Below, piece after piece: positions 10,525 to 19,995 of a DNA stretch of 64,000 nucleotides (position 1 is the stretch's first letter; each line of letters begins with the position of its first letter). This DNA comes from Phormidesmis sp. (GTDB lineage: Bacteria > Cyanobacteriota > Cyanobacteriia > Leptolyngbyales > Leptolyngbyaceae). The stretch covers positions 800,001 through 864,000 of the forward strand of contig CBDFJR010000002.1 in assembly GCA_965248535.1 (NCBI GenBank), given 5' to 3'. A program made the translations under genes and the position numbers. The notes beneath the pieces were generated by a model. The model was not told the origin of the DNA. It worked only from the letters and a program-made list of their open reading frames with translations, and made no database searches.

Positions 10525-11561
10525 TCCCGAAAACTCTTTATTATCAACTGGCTGCCATTGCATTGGCGCTGCTGTTCATCACAGCAATCATCTTAGGAGT
10601 TGGTGCATCTCCTGCTCAAGTGATCGCTGAGATTTGGTCAGGTGCATTTGGTAGCGTTGGTCAATTTGCAAGAGTGATTGCAACGCTTGCGCCGCTTTTG
10701 CTGTGTGCGAGTGGATTGCTGTTTACATTCACCGCAGGGTTATATAACTTAGGCATCGAAGGGCAAATTGCTTTTGGAGCGATCGTCTCCACGTTTGCAA
10801 TCCAACTGACTCAAAATATGCTTCCTCCAGCGTTGGTGATTGCATTAGCGATCGTGATGGGTGGGTTAGGTGGTGCCCTGTGGGGATTGTTTGCAGGAGT
10901 GCTCAATGTCTATGGGCGCATTAACGAAATTTTTGCAGGCTTAGGTCTTAACTTTGTGGCCGATGGATTAGCTCTCTATCTAATTTTTGGCCCTTGGAAG
11001 CGAGAAGGCGTGGCCTCCATGAGCGGCACTGAGCAGTTTTCAGAAGCGTTGTGGCTACCGACGTTTAGCGATACTGATGCGAGTCCGATCGCACTGCTGA
11101 TCGCGATCGCTGCGGTTATCATCACATTAATTACCCTGCGAGGCACCTATTTTGGCTTACGGTTACGAGCCGTCGGGCAAAACCTTCGCGCTTCCTATGT
11201 GTTAGGCATTCCTTCTATTCGTCAATTGTTGAGTGCGTTCGCAATCTGTGGTGGATTTGCTGGCATTGCCGGAGCGTTGCAAGTTCTAGCAGTTTTTCAT
11301 CGTCTAATTCCTAATATTTCTAGTGGCTTAGGTTACCTCGCACTGTTGGTTGCCATGTTAGTTGGACTGAATGCCTGGTTTATACTTCCCGTTGCGTTTT
11401 TCTTTAGCGCTTTGAATATCGGCAGCCTACAGCTTCCATTAGATTTAAATCTAGAATCTTCTCTCGCGGGTGTGATCCAAGGGACGCTGGTTCTATTTGT
11501 TCTATTGAGTCGCGGGGTCAGTGAATTGCGCCGTCAGGCTCCTAAAAAACTCCCGTCCTAG
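10521..11561 (+). CDS. ABC transporter permease (nucleoside/BPD_transp_2 type)
   Basis: Motifs GLYNLGIEGQ and TYFGLRLRAVGQN. Overlaps the ATPase stop (ATGA). Confidence 0.88.
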   Translation: MIPKTLYYQLAAIALALLFITAIILGVGASPAQVIAEIWSGAFGSVGQFARVIATLAPLLLCASGLLFTFTAGLYNLGIEGQIAFGAIVSTFAIQLTQNMLPPALVIALAIVMGGLGGALWGLFAGVLNVYGRINEIFAGLGLNFVADGLALYLIFGPWKREGVASMSGTEQFSEALWLPTFSDTDASPIALLIAIAAVIITLITLRGTYFGLRLRAVGQNLRASYVLGIPSIRQLLSAFAICGGFAGIAGALQVLAVFHRLIPNISSGLGYLALLVAMLVGLNAWFILPVAFFFSALNIGSLQLPLDLNLESSLAGVIQGTLVLFVLLSRGVSELRRQAPKKLPS

Positions 11562-11640
11562 CGCTGTTTCTGCTTCGCTTTTCTCCATAGTTTGCCGATA
11601 GGATTATTGATAAATATCGAACTCCTTGCGTCAGTGACTG

Positions 11641-11778
11641 ATACCAATTTCGGATGCAATTGCGACTGATCGTTCAATCCGACGGGTCACGGCATGCCAT
11701 GACCCTACGCTTTTTGTACGGGTATGGCACTGCCGTGCCCTCGTGCGGATCTGTCGCATTCACAAATCAAATTGGTAT
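11641..11778. mobile_element. MITE/REPIN-like element with ATACCAATTT...AAATTGGTAT termini enclosing two inverted REP hairpins
   Basis: Perfect 10-bp terminal inverted repeat, inner TGCGAC/GTCGCA pair, and two internal GGGY..GGCA..TGCC..CCC hairpins. Confidence 0.65.
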
Positions 11779-11790
11779 GAGTTTTAAATC

Positions 11791-13347
11791 TTAAGCGTCG
11801 ATTTCTAAGGAACCGATGGGATAGGCCACGCAGGTCAGTGCATAACCCGCTTGCTGATCGGCACTCGTCAAGGCCGCGGGAGAATTTTGATAGCGCACCT
11901 GTCCTTTTTGAATGCTGACTTTACACGCTCCGCAGGCTCCGACTCGACACGCATGGCGCAGTTGAATGCCCTCTTGCTCGGCTGTCTCTAAAATAGAGGT
12001 GCTATCGTCGGCTAAAACCTCTCGATCGGACTTCGTGAAATAGATCACAGACACCGCAGGCTGAGTTGACAGGGGCAGATCTGAGGGAGCATCTTGACCA
12101 TTGCCGAGAGTGTAAAACTTAGACGACAGTGGTTTGATCAGGGTCGCATCCAACTGTCCCCCATCAGAGATTGCAGTTTGGGGTGCAGTGGGCGAGATTG
12201 AGCTTGACGACTGACCCCCAAAGCTTTCTTCTTGATAGTTTTGCATAGGAAATTTTAGGCTTTCTAACAAAGCGCGAATCGCCTGCATAAACCCTTCTGA
12301 GCCACACACATAAGCCGATCGCTCCAGCAGATCGGGGGCCACCATCGGCAACATTGAGGCAGAAATGCGTCCGGTTAGTCCCATCCAAGCCTGTTTGAGG
12401 GAAGGTCGAGTCACGGTGATCGCCAACCGCAAATTAGGCATTTGCGCTGCGATCGCTTCTAACTCGGCGCGAAATACCACATCTTCGGGCGAAGTGGCGC
12501 TGTAGAGGAAAATAATGTCACAGTCTATCAAGGTGTCTTGCAGCCAGCGCAGCATTGACATCATCGGCGTGATGCCGCTTCCGGCAGAAATCAACAGCAG
12601 TTTAGGCGGCACTGTGGGCAAACAGCTAAAACTTCCCATCGGGCCGCCGACGAGCTTAACGCGATCGCCCACTTTAAACTGATCGTGCAGCCAGTTAGAA
12701 ACCAGACCCGGAGACACTTCTGGCTGATCTGGCGGACTGGGCACTCGCTTCACCGTGACGCTCAAGTGATAAGGGCGAGTCGGCGATGAAGAAATCGAGT
12801 AACAGCGCCTCACGGGTTTGTCATCAATCACCATTTCTAAGTTGACAAACTGCCCCGGCTGATAGCAAAACAGCACAGGCGGTTCTGCCACTAGGCAAAA
12901 GGTTTTGACATCGGGAGTTTCGTCAACAATGCGACAACAGCGACAGACTAAATCTTCTGCGACCCAAGGCTGAGTAGGCACTAGGGTAGGAGTCTCGATC
13001 GCCGTTTCAAGACTTGCCGCCGAGATGGGAGCAACTAGGGACTCAATGTGTAAAAATGTCTGCCCAAGCTGAAGCAAATCGCCAGGGTGAAGGGGATGCG
13101 GGTCGTCTATGGGAATCATCTCCCCATTGAGCAGTGAGCCTGATGCGCTGCCGACATCAATAAAATAGTAGGCAGGGTCAAGATAGATAATCCGCCCGTG
13201 CACTCGACTGACTTCGGGATTGGTTAGCACTAGGTCGCAGGTGGTGCTGCGGCCAATCACCCAATCTGTTTGTCCGGGGTAAGATGCTTGAAGCTGATGA
13301 TTTTGAAACTCTCGCTGTTCAAAGTTAACTGATTTCAGGATCAACAT
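11791..13347 (-). CDS. FHA domain + FNR-type FAD/NAD(P)H oxidoreductase + C-terminal [2Fe-2S] ferredoxin (Hcr/PaaE-like)
   Basis: FHA motifs IGR...VSRVHG...GSASGSLLNG; FAD motif RCYSISS; NAD motifs AGSGITP, YVCG and EESFG; ferredoxin motif CRVGACGAC...C. Confidence 0.9.
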   Translation of the reverse strand: MLILKSVNFEQREFQNHQLQASYPGQTDWVIGRSTTCDLVLTNPEVSRVHGRIIYLDPAYYFIDVGSASGSLLNGEMIPIDDPHPLHPGDLLQLGQTFLHIESLVAPISAASLETAIETPTLVPTQPWVAEDLVCRCCRIVDETPDVKTFCLVAEPPVLFCYQPGQFVNLEMVIDDKPVRRCYSISSSPTRPYHLSVTVKRVPSPPDQPEVSPGLVSNWLHDQFKVGDRVKLVGGPMGSFSCLPTVPPKLLLISAGSGITPMMSMLRWLQDTLIDCDIIFLYSATSPEDVVFRAELEAIAAQMPNLRLAITVTRPSLKQAWMGLTGRISASMLPMVAPDLLERSAYVCGSEGFMQAIRALLESLKFPMQNYQEESFGGQSSSSISPTAPQTAISDGGQLDATLIKPLSSKFYTLGNGQDAPSDLPLSTQPAVSVIYFTKSDREVLADDSTSILETAEQEGIQLRHACRVGACGACKVSIQKGQVRYQNSPAALTSADQQAGYALTCVAYPIGSLEIDA

Positions 13348-13434
13348 CGGGATTAACCTCTTGGGTGATGAGCAATTTGCACAGAGTCTGGTTTTGGGAT
13401 CGTGGATTAACGATATTGGTGAATGGCATGGGCC

Positions 13435-13461
13435 AGGGGCACGGCAATGCCATGCCCGTAC
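13435..13461. repeat. REP-like hairpin
   Basis: aggggcacggcaatgccatgcccgtac, between the two redox genes. Confidence 0.6.
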
Positions 13462-13519
13462 ATCGATCTGGGGTCGCCCCGGATATCGATTCGTTTTTTA
13501 ATCCCCGATCGCTAGGGGA

Positions 13520-15214
13520 TTAGACATTCGATTTTTTAGATGGTTTTGCGATCGTTCTAGCCAGGGTGATAGCGCTGTGAAAGGCTTCGGTTGAGGGCTG
13601 AGAGCAGGCGAGAATCTCTGAATTTGTGGCCGCGATCGTCTCGATCGTCGAAAAGTGATCGGCATCGGTTAGCTGCAAATCTTGTCGCAGTTGCCGACAA
13701 AATTCAAAACTGCCAGAGGCACTCATGGTTTGCTGTCGCAGCAAGTCGAGCACAACTCCCGTATAGGTTTGCAGCCGCAATTGTTGAGAGACTCCCTGCA
13801 AAACTTTGACCAGCGTATAGATTTCATCGGGGGTGAGATCATCGAGCGATCGTCCTTCTAAAAGCGCTGGCTCGATCGCCAGCTTTTGCAACTGTTTGCG
13901 GAGGCTAGTGGTCATATTTTCGCGCTCATATTGAGAGCGAGTGCGGCGCATTGTGCGATAGAGCCACAGCGAACCAACCAGAACAATGAGAGCATTAAAC
14001 GCAAACAGGGGATAGTCGGGCAAACGGTTGAGCGAAGGACGAGCACCATAGGAAAAGAACGTCCAAAAAGAGGTGACCGTAAACAGCGTAAACACAATAT
14101 GCTGTGCCTGCTCTTGAGAAATAGCGCGACCTTTTCTAACAATCACTTTGCGACACAGTTTTTCTGCAATCAGCCCCAGCGTGAAAGTGATTGCGATTAA
14201 GACTGCAAACGTGATGAACACTGCAAACGCTTTTGGAATCGGAATGCTGTGCTGATAAAGATAAAACCCAGTGTCGAATGAGTTGGCAACCTGATCGTGT
14301 TCATGAGTCCATGCGCCTGTGAAGTAATAATCCCAGTTGCCCGCATAGAGGAAATAGTATAGATAAAACGCAATCACCATCCCCAAATAGCCATATTGAA
14401 CAAGCCGACGACCGGGTTTATTCAACTCTGTCCAATAAGTCTTTTCGGCATCAATATCAATGCAGGCTGTTTTGCATCCCACGCAGGCACTTTGTTCTCT
14501 GCCCGTTTGGGAGTCAGTGGTGCGACACATCGATTGAGTCACGGCTGCTTTAGGCTTGAGATAATTTTGACTGCCTAGGAGCGATCGTGGCCCCGTGTAA
14601 ACCATCTGCACAGGTGCCATCGGGCAAAAATATTGACACCAGCTTTTGCCCGCATACAAATAGCCCACCAGCATGGCGCAGAGAATCGTCGCGATCAGAA
14701 AGATGCCCAGGGCAAAACGATCGGAGTTGACGTAGAGAATTCGCAGCCCTAACCCCAGCACAAATAGCCCAAACTGAACATAGAGATGGTTGCGCCCTAG
14801 CCAGGAATTTTCCCCGATCGTCACGACCTCCTTTCGCACCTCACCTGTGACCCGATCCACCACTTTTTTTCGTCGCTGAATGCCTAGCGCCCGCGGGATC
14901 TGTGACAAAAAAGAGAGCGGACAAATTCGCCGCCAAAATTCATGGCCAAGCACCAACAGCACAAAAATTGCAGTCGGCACGATCATGGCCCACCAGATCA
15001 GAGCACTCATTGAAAAGGGTGCCTGCGCCAGACACGTCTCTCGAACCTTGACACACTGACTGAGATTGATCCGAAATGGACTGCTGAGATTGTTAGGCTG
15101 AGTCCACGCGATCGTAATAGGGTCATAAAAAAGTGACGCAATTAACACCAGCCAGCCAATGGTTAGCAACCAGCGGACACGGTGCATGGTCTTCTCAGAA
15201 ACTTGTTGCAGCAT
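13520..15214 (-). CDS. Polytopic membrane protein with NapH/CcoG-like Fe-S Cys motifs ('4Fe-4S binding protein')
   Basis: About 8 hydrophobic segments; motifs WRRICP, WCQYFCP, SMC and CVGCKTACIDID; soluble helical C-terminus. Confidence 0.75.
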   Translation of the reverse strand: MLQQVSEKTMHRVRWLLTIGWLVLIASLFYDPITIAWTQPNNLSSPFRINLSQCVKVRETCLAQAPFSMSALIWWAMIVPTAIFVLLVLGHEFWRRICPLSFLSQIPRALGIQRRKKVVDRVTGEVRKEVVTIGENSWLGRNHLYVQFGLFVLGLGLRILYVNSDRFALGIFLIATILCAMLVGYLYAGKSWCQYFCPMAPVQMVYTGPRSLLGSQNYLKPKAAVTQSMCRTTDSQTGREQSACVGCKTACIDIDAEKTYWTELNKPGRRLVQYGYLGMVIAFYLYYFLYAGNWDYYFTGAWTHEHDQVANSFDTGFYLYQHSIPIPKAFAVFITFAVLIAITFTLGLIAEKLCRKVIVRKGRAISQEQAQHIVFTLFTVTSFWTFFSYGARPSLNRLPDYPLFAFNALIVLVGSLWLYRTMRRTRSQYERENMTTSLRKQLQKLAIEPALLEGRSLDDLTPDEIYTLVKVLQGVSQQLRLQTYTGVVLDLLRQQTMSASGSFEFCRQLRQDLQLTDADHFSTIETIAATNSEILACSQPSTEAFHSAITLARTIAKPSKKSNV

Positions 15215-15333
15215 AGGTGTTACCTCTTGTCATAACGGTGAGTGTCACGTCAGCTAGACACGACAAAATGCAAAACTAGAGCAAAATTTATCGATCGACA
15301 ACCCTGCGAAAACGGCAGCCGTCATTAAATTAA

Positions 15334-17298
15334 TTAATGAATCGCTTCATGATTGATTTGCCAAAAACTAACCCGTTGATTTGCATTCCAAGTCACTAAA
15401 TAGTCATGATCGGGACTGAATGCAACATTAGTCGGATGCTCTAATGTTCCTGTCTCTCGCATCGCTAAACTTCCCGATTGAGGAATCCAAGTGCGAACGC
15501 TGCCGTTACCGTGAACGGTCATAATATTGCGATTGCATTTAGAAATGAGAATAGGATTGGCAGAAGCTTCGGGCAAAATCTGAACTAAGACTTCGCGGTT
15601 GAGATCCCACATCAGTCCTCGGTCTTTGCCAAAGCTAATCAGCGTGTGATCATTCACCAGTTGTAAGCCCACGATCGTATCGGTATGCCCCGAAAACGTT
15701 CGGTGAATCTGCCCGGTGCGAAGATCCCAGATTTGAAGCTGGCGATTAGCACAAGGTGCAGCATCACAAGACCCGCGACTGGCTGTGATCAGAGTGTCAG
15801 AAGTCGCGCCATAGGTGAGAGCGGTCACGTCTGCTTGAGAAAAGTTTAAAGTTTGCAGCAGGGTGCCCGTGTTTAAATTCCATTGGCGCAGGGTTCTATC
15901 TTTACTACTACTGACCAATGTTTGTAGATCCGGACTAATTGCGATCGCTGTTACAGACTTTTGATGTCCTCTAAACGTTTGCAGCAATTTTCCTGACGTT
16001 GCATCCCAAAGCTGAAGCGTCCCGTCTTCGCGACCACTGACCAAAACCTTGCTGTTTCGGCTCACTGCTAACGCTGTCACAGGTGCGTTATATCCCGCCA
16101 GTGTCTTGATGCGGATGCCACTGGGCAATGACCACAGCCGCAAAACATGATCGGCTCCGGCGGTGACCATGACTCGATTATCAGGGGCAATCAGCACCCG
16201 CTCGACCCCCGACTTAATCGACATTTCCCGCAGCATGGTTAAATGCCCATCAGACGGAGGAAGAAACTTCTGCTCTAGTTGAGTGAATGCAGATTTAGCC
16301 TGCTGACCATAATCTAGAAACCATCCGCCCACTGCCCCTTTAGAAGCCTGCGAAGCCACCGTTCCGATCAATAACAGCGTGCTGGCAGGCAAAACCAACT
16401 GTTGCACCCATTGATGTTTGCGACGAACCCCTTTTTGAAAACTCTGGGCTGCGGGCAATGTCTGAAGGTCGGTCAAAACCTCTACGGCCTCTTGGTAGCG
16501 ATCGCCGACTCGACTTCGCACCATGCGATTAAGAATCACTAACAGATCGGGAGGAACAGAAGACGACTGTAGATAACGCTGCCAATCTAGCTCCCCAGAG
16601 ATCAAATCTTGCTTAAACTGCCGCGGATCAACCCCCGTCAGCAGATGAATCACCACAATGCCCAACCCATAGAGGTCGCTGCTGATCTGAGCCATTCCCA
16701 GGCGTTGTTCATCGGGCATATAGCCCGGAGTGCCAATTTCAAGGGGCAGCAAGTCAGTGCCAGGTTGCAGACTAGCCTCGGTTTCTGGCAGGCGATCGGC
16801 TGCGCCAAAGTCAATCAAAACCACCTTGCCGTCTCGACGACGACGAATTAAATTGCTAGGTGTAATATCGCGATGGATCACCCGATGCGAATGAATATAG
16901 TTCAAAACAGGCAGCATTTCTAGCAGCAATGCGATCGCCGCCTTAGCAGAAAAGCGCTTTCCGTGAGTTAACCATTGGCTCAAATTTTCACCCTCAATAT
17001 ACTCTTGCACCAGATAGGTTGAATCCGGTTCTTGTTCTTGAACGTAAGCAAAGAGTGTCGGAATTTGCTTGTGATGTTGCCCAAACTGCTCTAACAGATG
17101 AGCCTCTGTCTCAAACAAGCGATGCGCTGTCTCTAGCGAAATCGTGCTGTGTGCGGGCAGTTTAAGACACTTGACAACGCACAGCGGATGTTGAGGAAGA
17201 TATTTGTCGCGAGCCAGATAGGTTTCGCTAAACCCTCCCGCTCCTAGCTTCTCTAAAATCAGGTAGCGTCCAGTTAATAGTTGCCCAATCATGCTCAT
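15334..17298 (-). CDS. Hanks-type Ser/Thr kinase with a hydrophobic linker and C-terminal WD40 repeats
   Basis: Kinase motifs LGAGGFSETY, VVK, HRDITPSN, DFG and GTPGYMP; WD40 repeats (GH...WD/WN). Confidence 0.92.
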   Translation of the reverse strand: MSMIGQLLTGRYLILEKLGAGGFSETYLARDKYLPQHPLCVVKCLKLPAHSTISLETAHRLFETEAHLLEQFGQHHKQIPTLFAYVQEQEPDSTYLVQEYIEGENLSQWLTHGKRFSAKAAIALLLEMLPVLNYIHSHRVIHRDITPSNLIRRRRDGKVVLIDFGAADRLPETEASLQPGTDLLPLEIGTPGYMPDEQRLGMAQISSDLYGLGIVVIHLLTGVDPRQFKQDLISGELDWQRYLQSSSVPPDLLVILNRMVRSRVGDRYQEAVEVLTDLQTLPAAQSFQKGVRRKHQWVQQLVLPASTLLLIGTVASQASKGAVGGWFLDYGQQAKSAFTQLEQKFLPPSDGHLTMLREMSIKSGVERVLIAPDNRVMVTAGADHVLRLWSLPSGIRIKTLAGYNAPVTALAVSRNSKVLVSGREDGTLQLWDATSGKLLQTFRGHQKSVTAIAISPDLQTLVSSSKDRTLRQWNLNTGTLLQTLNFSQADVTALTYGATSDTLITASRGSCDAAPCANRQLQIWDLRTGQIHRTFSGHTDTIVGLQLVNDHTLISFGKDRGLMWDLNREVLVQILPEASANPILISKCNRNIMTVHGNGSVRTWIPQSGSLAMRETGTLEHPTNVAFSPDHDYLVTWNANQRVSFWQINHEAIH

Positions 17299-17621
17299 TA
17301 TCCTTTGTGCGCGGACGTGCTCAAAGGGCTGGTGTCCGCGAAAACCATTAAAAAGCTCGTTGAGATTGCCTAGAAAGACTCAGGAGATTTCCCGCTGAAA
17401 ATTGATCGAAATGCACCTTCCCCAAGTCTGGGAATTCTCAGTTAACGTCCTTTAGTGAATGCTGTGAAGACTTAAGCCAAAGCGGTAGATAAACCTCAGC
17501 CTAACTCCAGTTCATGAATGAATGAGATGTAACTTTGGCTAGATGCTCGTGTAGATTATAACGATTAGCGTCGCTGTTGACCACCCACTCTGCCAAAAAT
17601 CAGCAAAAAGAGAAGGTAAAT

Positions 17622-17657
17622 TAATTAGAACTAGGTCTGATCCCCCTGTTCTAATTA
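17622..17657. promoter_or_regulatory. Palindrome copy 1: TAATTAGAAC-N16-GTTCTAATTA
   Basis: Perfect 10-bp inverted repeat in the divergent kinase/PAS intergenic region. Confidence 0.6.
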
Positions 17658-18254
17658 GTCTAATATGGGGCGATCGGGCTGACTGATCGAGATCAATCGC
17701 CTTAACGTTTTTCAAAATTGGGGAAGTTAGGGGCAAAAAGCTTGATACCTGCAATAGAGATCGTTCGGTGCAGCAATGCTTAGAGAGAGCATTGAAGGTG
17801 CAGCCATAGCAGAATAACTGGCTGGTGCAGATATTTTGTGCCAATTTACCAACAAGCCCATCCCAGTTCGCCCCTGCGACCCTCCTCGATCGTAAAAGAC
17901 TGTGACACTTCAAAAACAAGCACAGGCACGGATTTTAATTTGTAGAGAATCAATGAGTCTAGGATGCAGTAATCAGGATCGTTGGCAATGAATTCAGTTG
18001 AGCAAATGCTGACAAAACGATTTAACCTTTTGTTAGGGTAGACAGGTTTGCCGAAGAACATGGGTGCAGCTACTAGAGAGTTTGTTCGTCCAGATCAGGC
18101 TCACTCCATTCAAGCAAGTAGAGATCGAGTCCATTGATTCTAGGTTTCAATCGAAGCTTTTAGAAAGGCTGGCTCAGATCACTGCCAAAGCTTAGAGTCG
18201 GTGCAAATCTACTCTGAGACGCGCTTCACCCGAAACACAGGCATATAGTCAAAG

Positions 18255-19808
18255 ATGATTTCTACTTTTTGGAATATTCCTGGAATTCAATCTTGCAAGT
18301 CATTAGAGTTCTTAGAGCGATCGCTGACTCCGACAAGCGTGTATGACCAACAAGGACACATGCTTTATGCCAGCCAGAGCTTTTTAGAATTGCTGTTGAC
18401 TCCTGCGCCAACTCGCTTCTTAGATTGTTTTCCATCGACATCCATCGCGTTAATAGAATTGACCAAGGTTTGGGAGCAAGCTCTGCAAGGCGAGACTCCC
18501 CGATTTCTCTCTAAAACCAGAGACGCAGCAGAAACGCTCGAATGTTCCCTTCAGTTTGATCCAGAAGCCAACTTGATGTGGGTCAATGCTAAAAAAATTG
18601 ATGCCGCCGAACGAATTCGCAATCTCACAGAGGCTTATGAACAGGCGATTGCCCGATCTGCTCACGCCAACCTGGCAACAGTTTTGATCAATCCTCAGGG
18701 CGGCATCATTCAGTGCAATCAAAATCTGCACAAGCTTTTAGGAACTAGCGATCGCGATCTCCTCAATCTTGAACAGTTTGTACATCCCGAAGATCGGTTT
18801 ATTGATCAGCCGTTAAAGCAAAATTTGCTCGACGGCAATCTTCATGCCTACACGATCGAAAAGCGGTTTATTTCTAGAAACAACGAGGTTCTGTGGCTGA
18901 ATGTCAATGTCTCCTCGATCGCCATTTCTGCCTGCATTGAAGGACATCAGCGTTATTATGCCGTGCTGTTAGAAGACATTACAGAAAGTAAAAAGATCTA
19001 TAGCACGTTAGTAAGAACCGAAGAAAAGTGGAAAACACTTTTTCTCAATAGCCCTTATTTGTTTATTCAAACTAGCCCCAGCGGCCAAATGATCTATGTG
19101 AGTCCTGCGGTAGAAGACTTGCTGGGCTATCAGCCCGAAGAGTTGCTCGGACGACAGATCAAAGAACTCATTCACCCTAGCAATTTAAACGAGGTAGATC
19201 TGGCTCTCCAGCTATGGAGCAGCAATATTCAAACCCACCAATCCGGCATTGAATGCTGGTGGAGAGCCAAGTCTAACCGATGGGTGTCCCTGTCAATTCA
19301 AGGACAACGGTTTCCTTCGGCGCTAGAAATTGATGGCGTGATCATCAGTGGGCACAATATCACCGATCGTAAGTGTTTAGAAGTAGAACTGAGGGCAAAC
19401 GAAGAGAAGTTTAGATCTCTGGTGCTCAATAGTTTGGGCGTTGTGTTTCGCTGTGATGCAAGCTACATGATGGAGTTTGCTAGCGACGGAATTCAAGACA
19501 TGACCGGGTATCCGGCTTCTGTTTTTGTGAACAATCAGGTGCGATCGTATCTCAGCATTGTTCACCCAGATGACATTATCGTTCTTAAAGATTCACTGAT
19601 TCAAGCGGTTTTAGACCGTCATCGCGGCTCGATCAATTATCGAATTATCGATGCCCAGGGTCAGATTCGCTGGGTCACCGAACGTAAGCAAGGCGTATTT
19701 GACCAGAACGGCAACTTGTTATGGCTTGATGGCGTGCTGCTAGAAGTCAGCGATCGCAAGCCCCTAGAGGCAGAGTTGCGTCGCCGAGAAGCGATCGAGG
19801 GCAATTGA
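18255..19808 (+). CDS. Multi-PAS/PAC sensor protein with no output domain
   Basis: PAS motifs VHPED/IHPSN/VHPDD and PAC ends DITE, NITDRK and EVSDRK. The protein stops shortly after the last PAC. Confidence 0.85.
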   Translation: MISTFWNIPGIQSCKSLEFLERSLTPTSVYDQQGHMLYASQSFLELLLTPAPTRFLDCFPSTSIALIELTKVWEQALQGETPRFLSKTRDAAETLECSLQFDPEANLMWVNAKKIDAAERIRNLTEAYEQAIARSAHANLATVLINPQGGIIQCNQNLHKLLGTSDRDLLNLEQFVHPEDRFIDQPLKQNLLDGNLHAYTIEKRFISRNNEVLWLNVNVSSIAISACIEGHQRYYAVLLEDITESKKIYSTLVRTEEKWKTLFLNSPYLFIQTSPSGQMIYVSPAVEDLLGYQPEELLGRQIKELIHPSNLNEVDLALQLWSSNIQTHQSGIECWWRAKSNRWVSLSIQGQRFPSALEIDGVIISGHNITDRKCLEVELRANEEKFRSLVLNSLGVVFRCDASYMMEFASDGIQDMTGYPASVFVNNQVRSYLSIVHPDDIIVLKDSLIQAVLDRHRGSINYRIIDAQGQIRWVTERKQGVFDQNGNLLWLDGVLLEVSDRKPLEAELRRREAIEGN

Positions 19809-19995
19809 ATCGGATCGAAAGGTTGATTCTTAATAAATCTCCCGGCTTCTTCGTCTAATCTTTGCATTTAGACTTTCTAGATTAAGAGAGCTTTAGGATA
19901 GAATAAGTTCACCGAGTTGACCAACTTAGGTCTAGCGAGTTAGTCTAACAAAATCGCTCCGTGGTGTGTAGGTTCCACAATCTTTTTGCCCTAAT

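Noticed and set aside
17539..18061. 126-aa and 71-aa minus-strand ORFs in the kinase/PAS intergenic region
   Set aside because: No recognisable motifs or RBS, and one spans palindrome copy 1. This is probably regulatory DNA.
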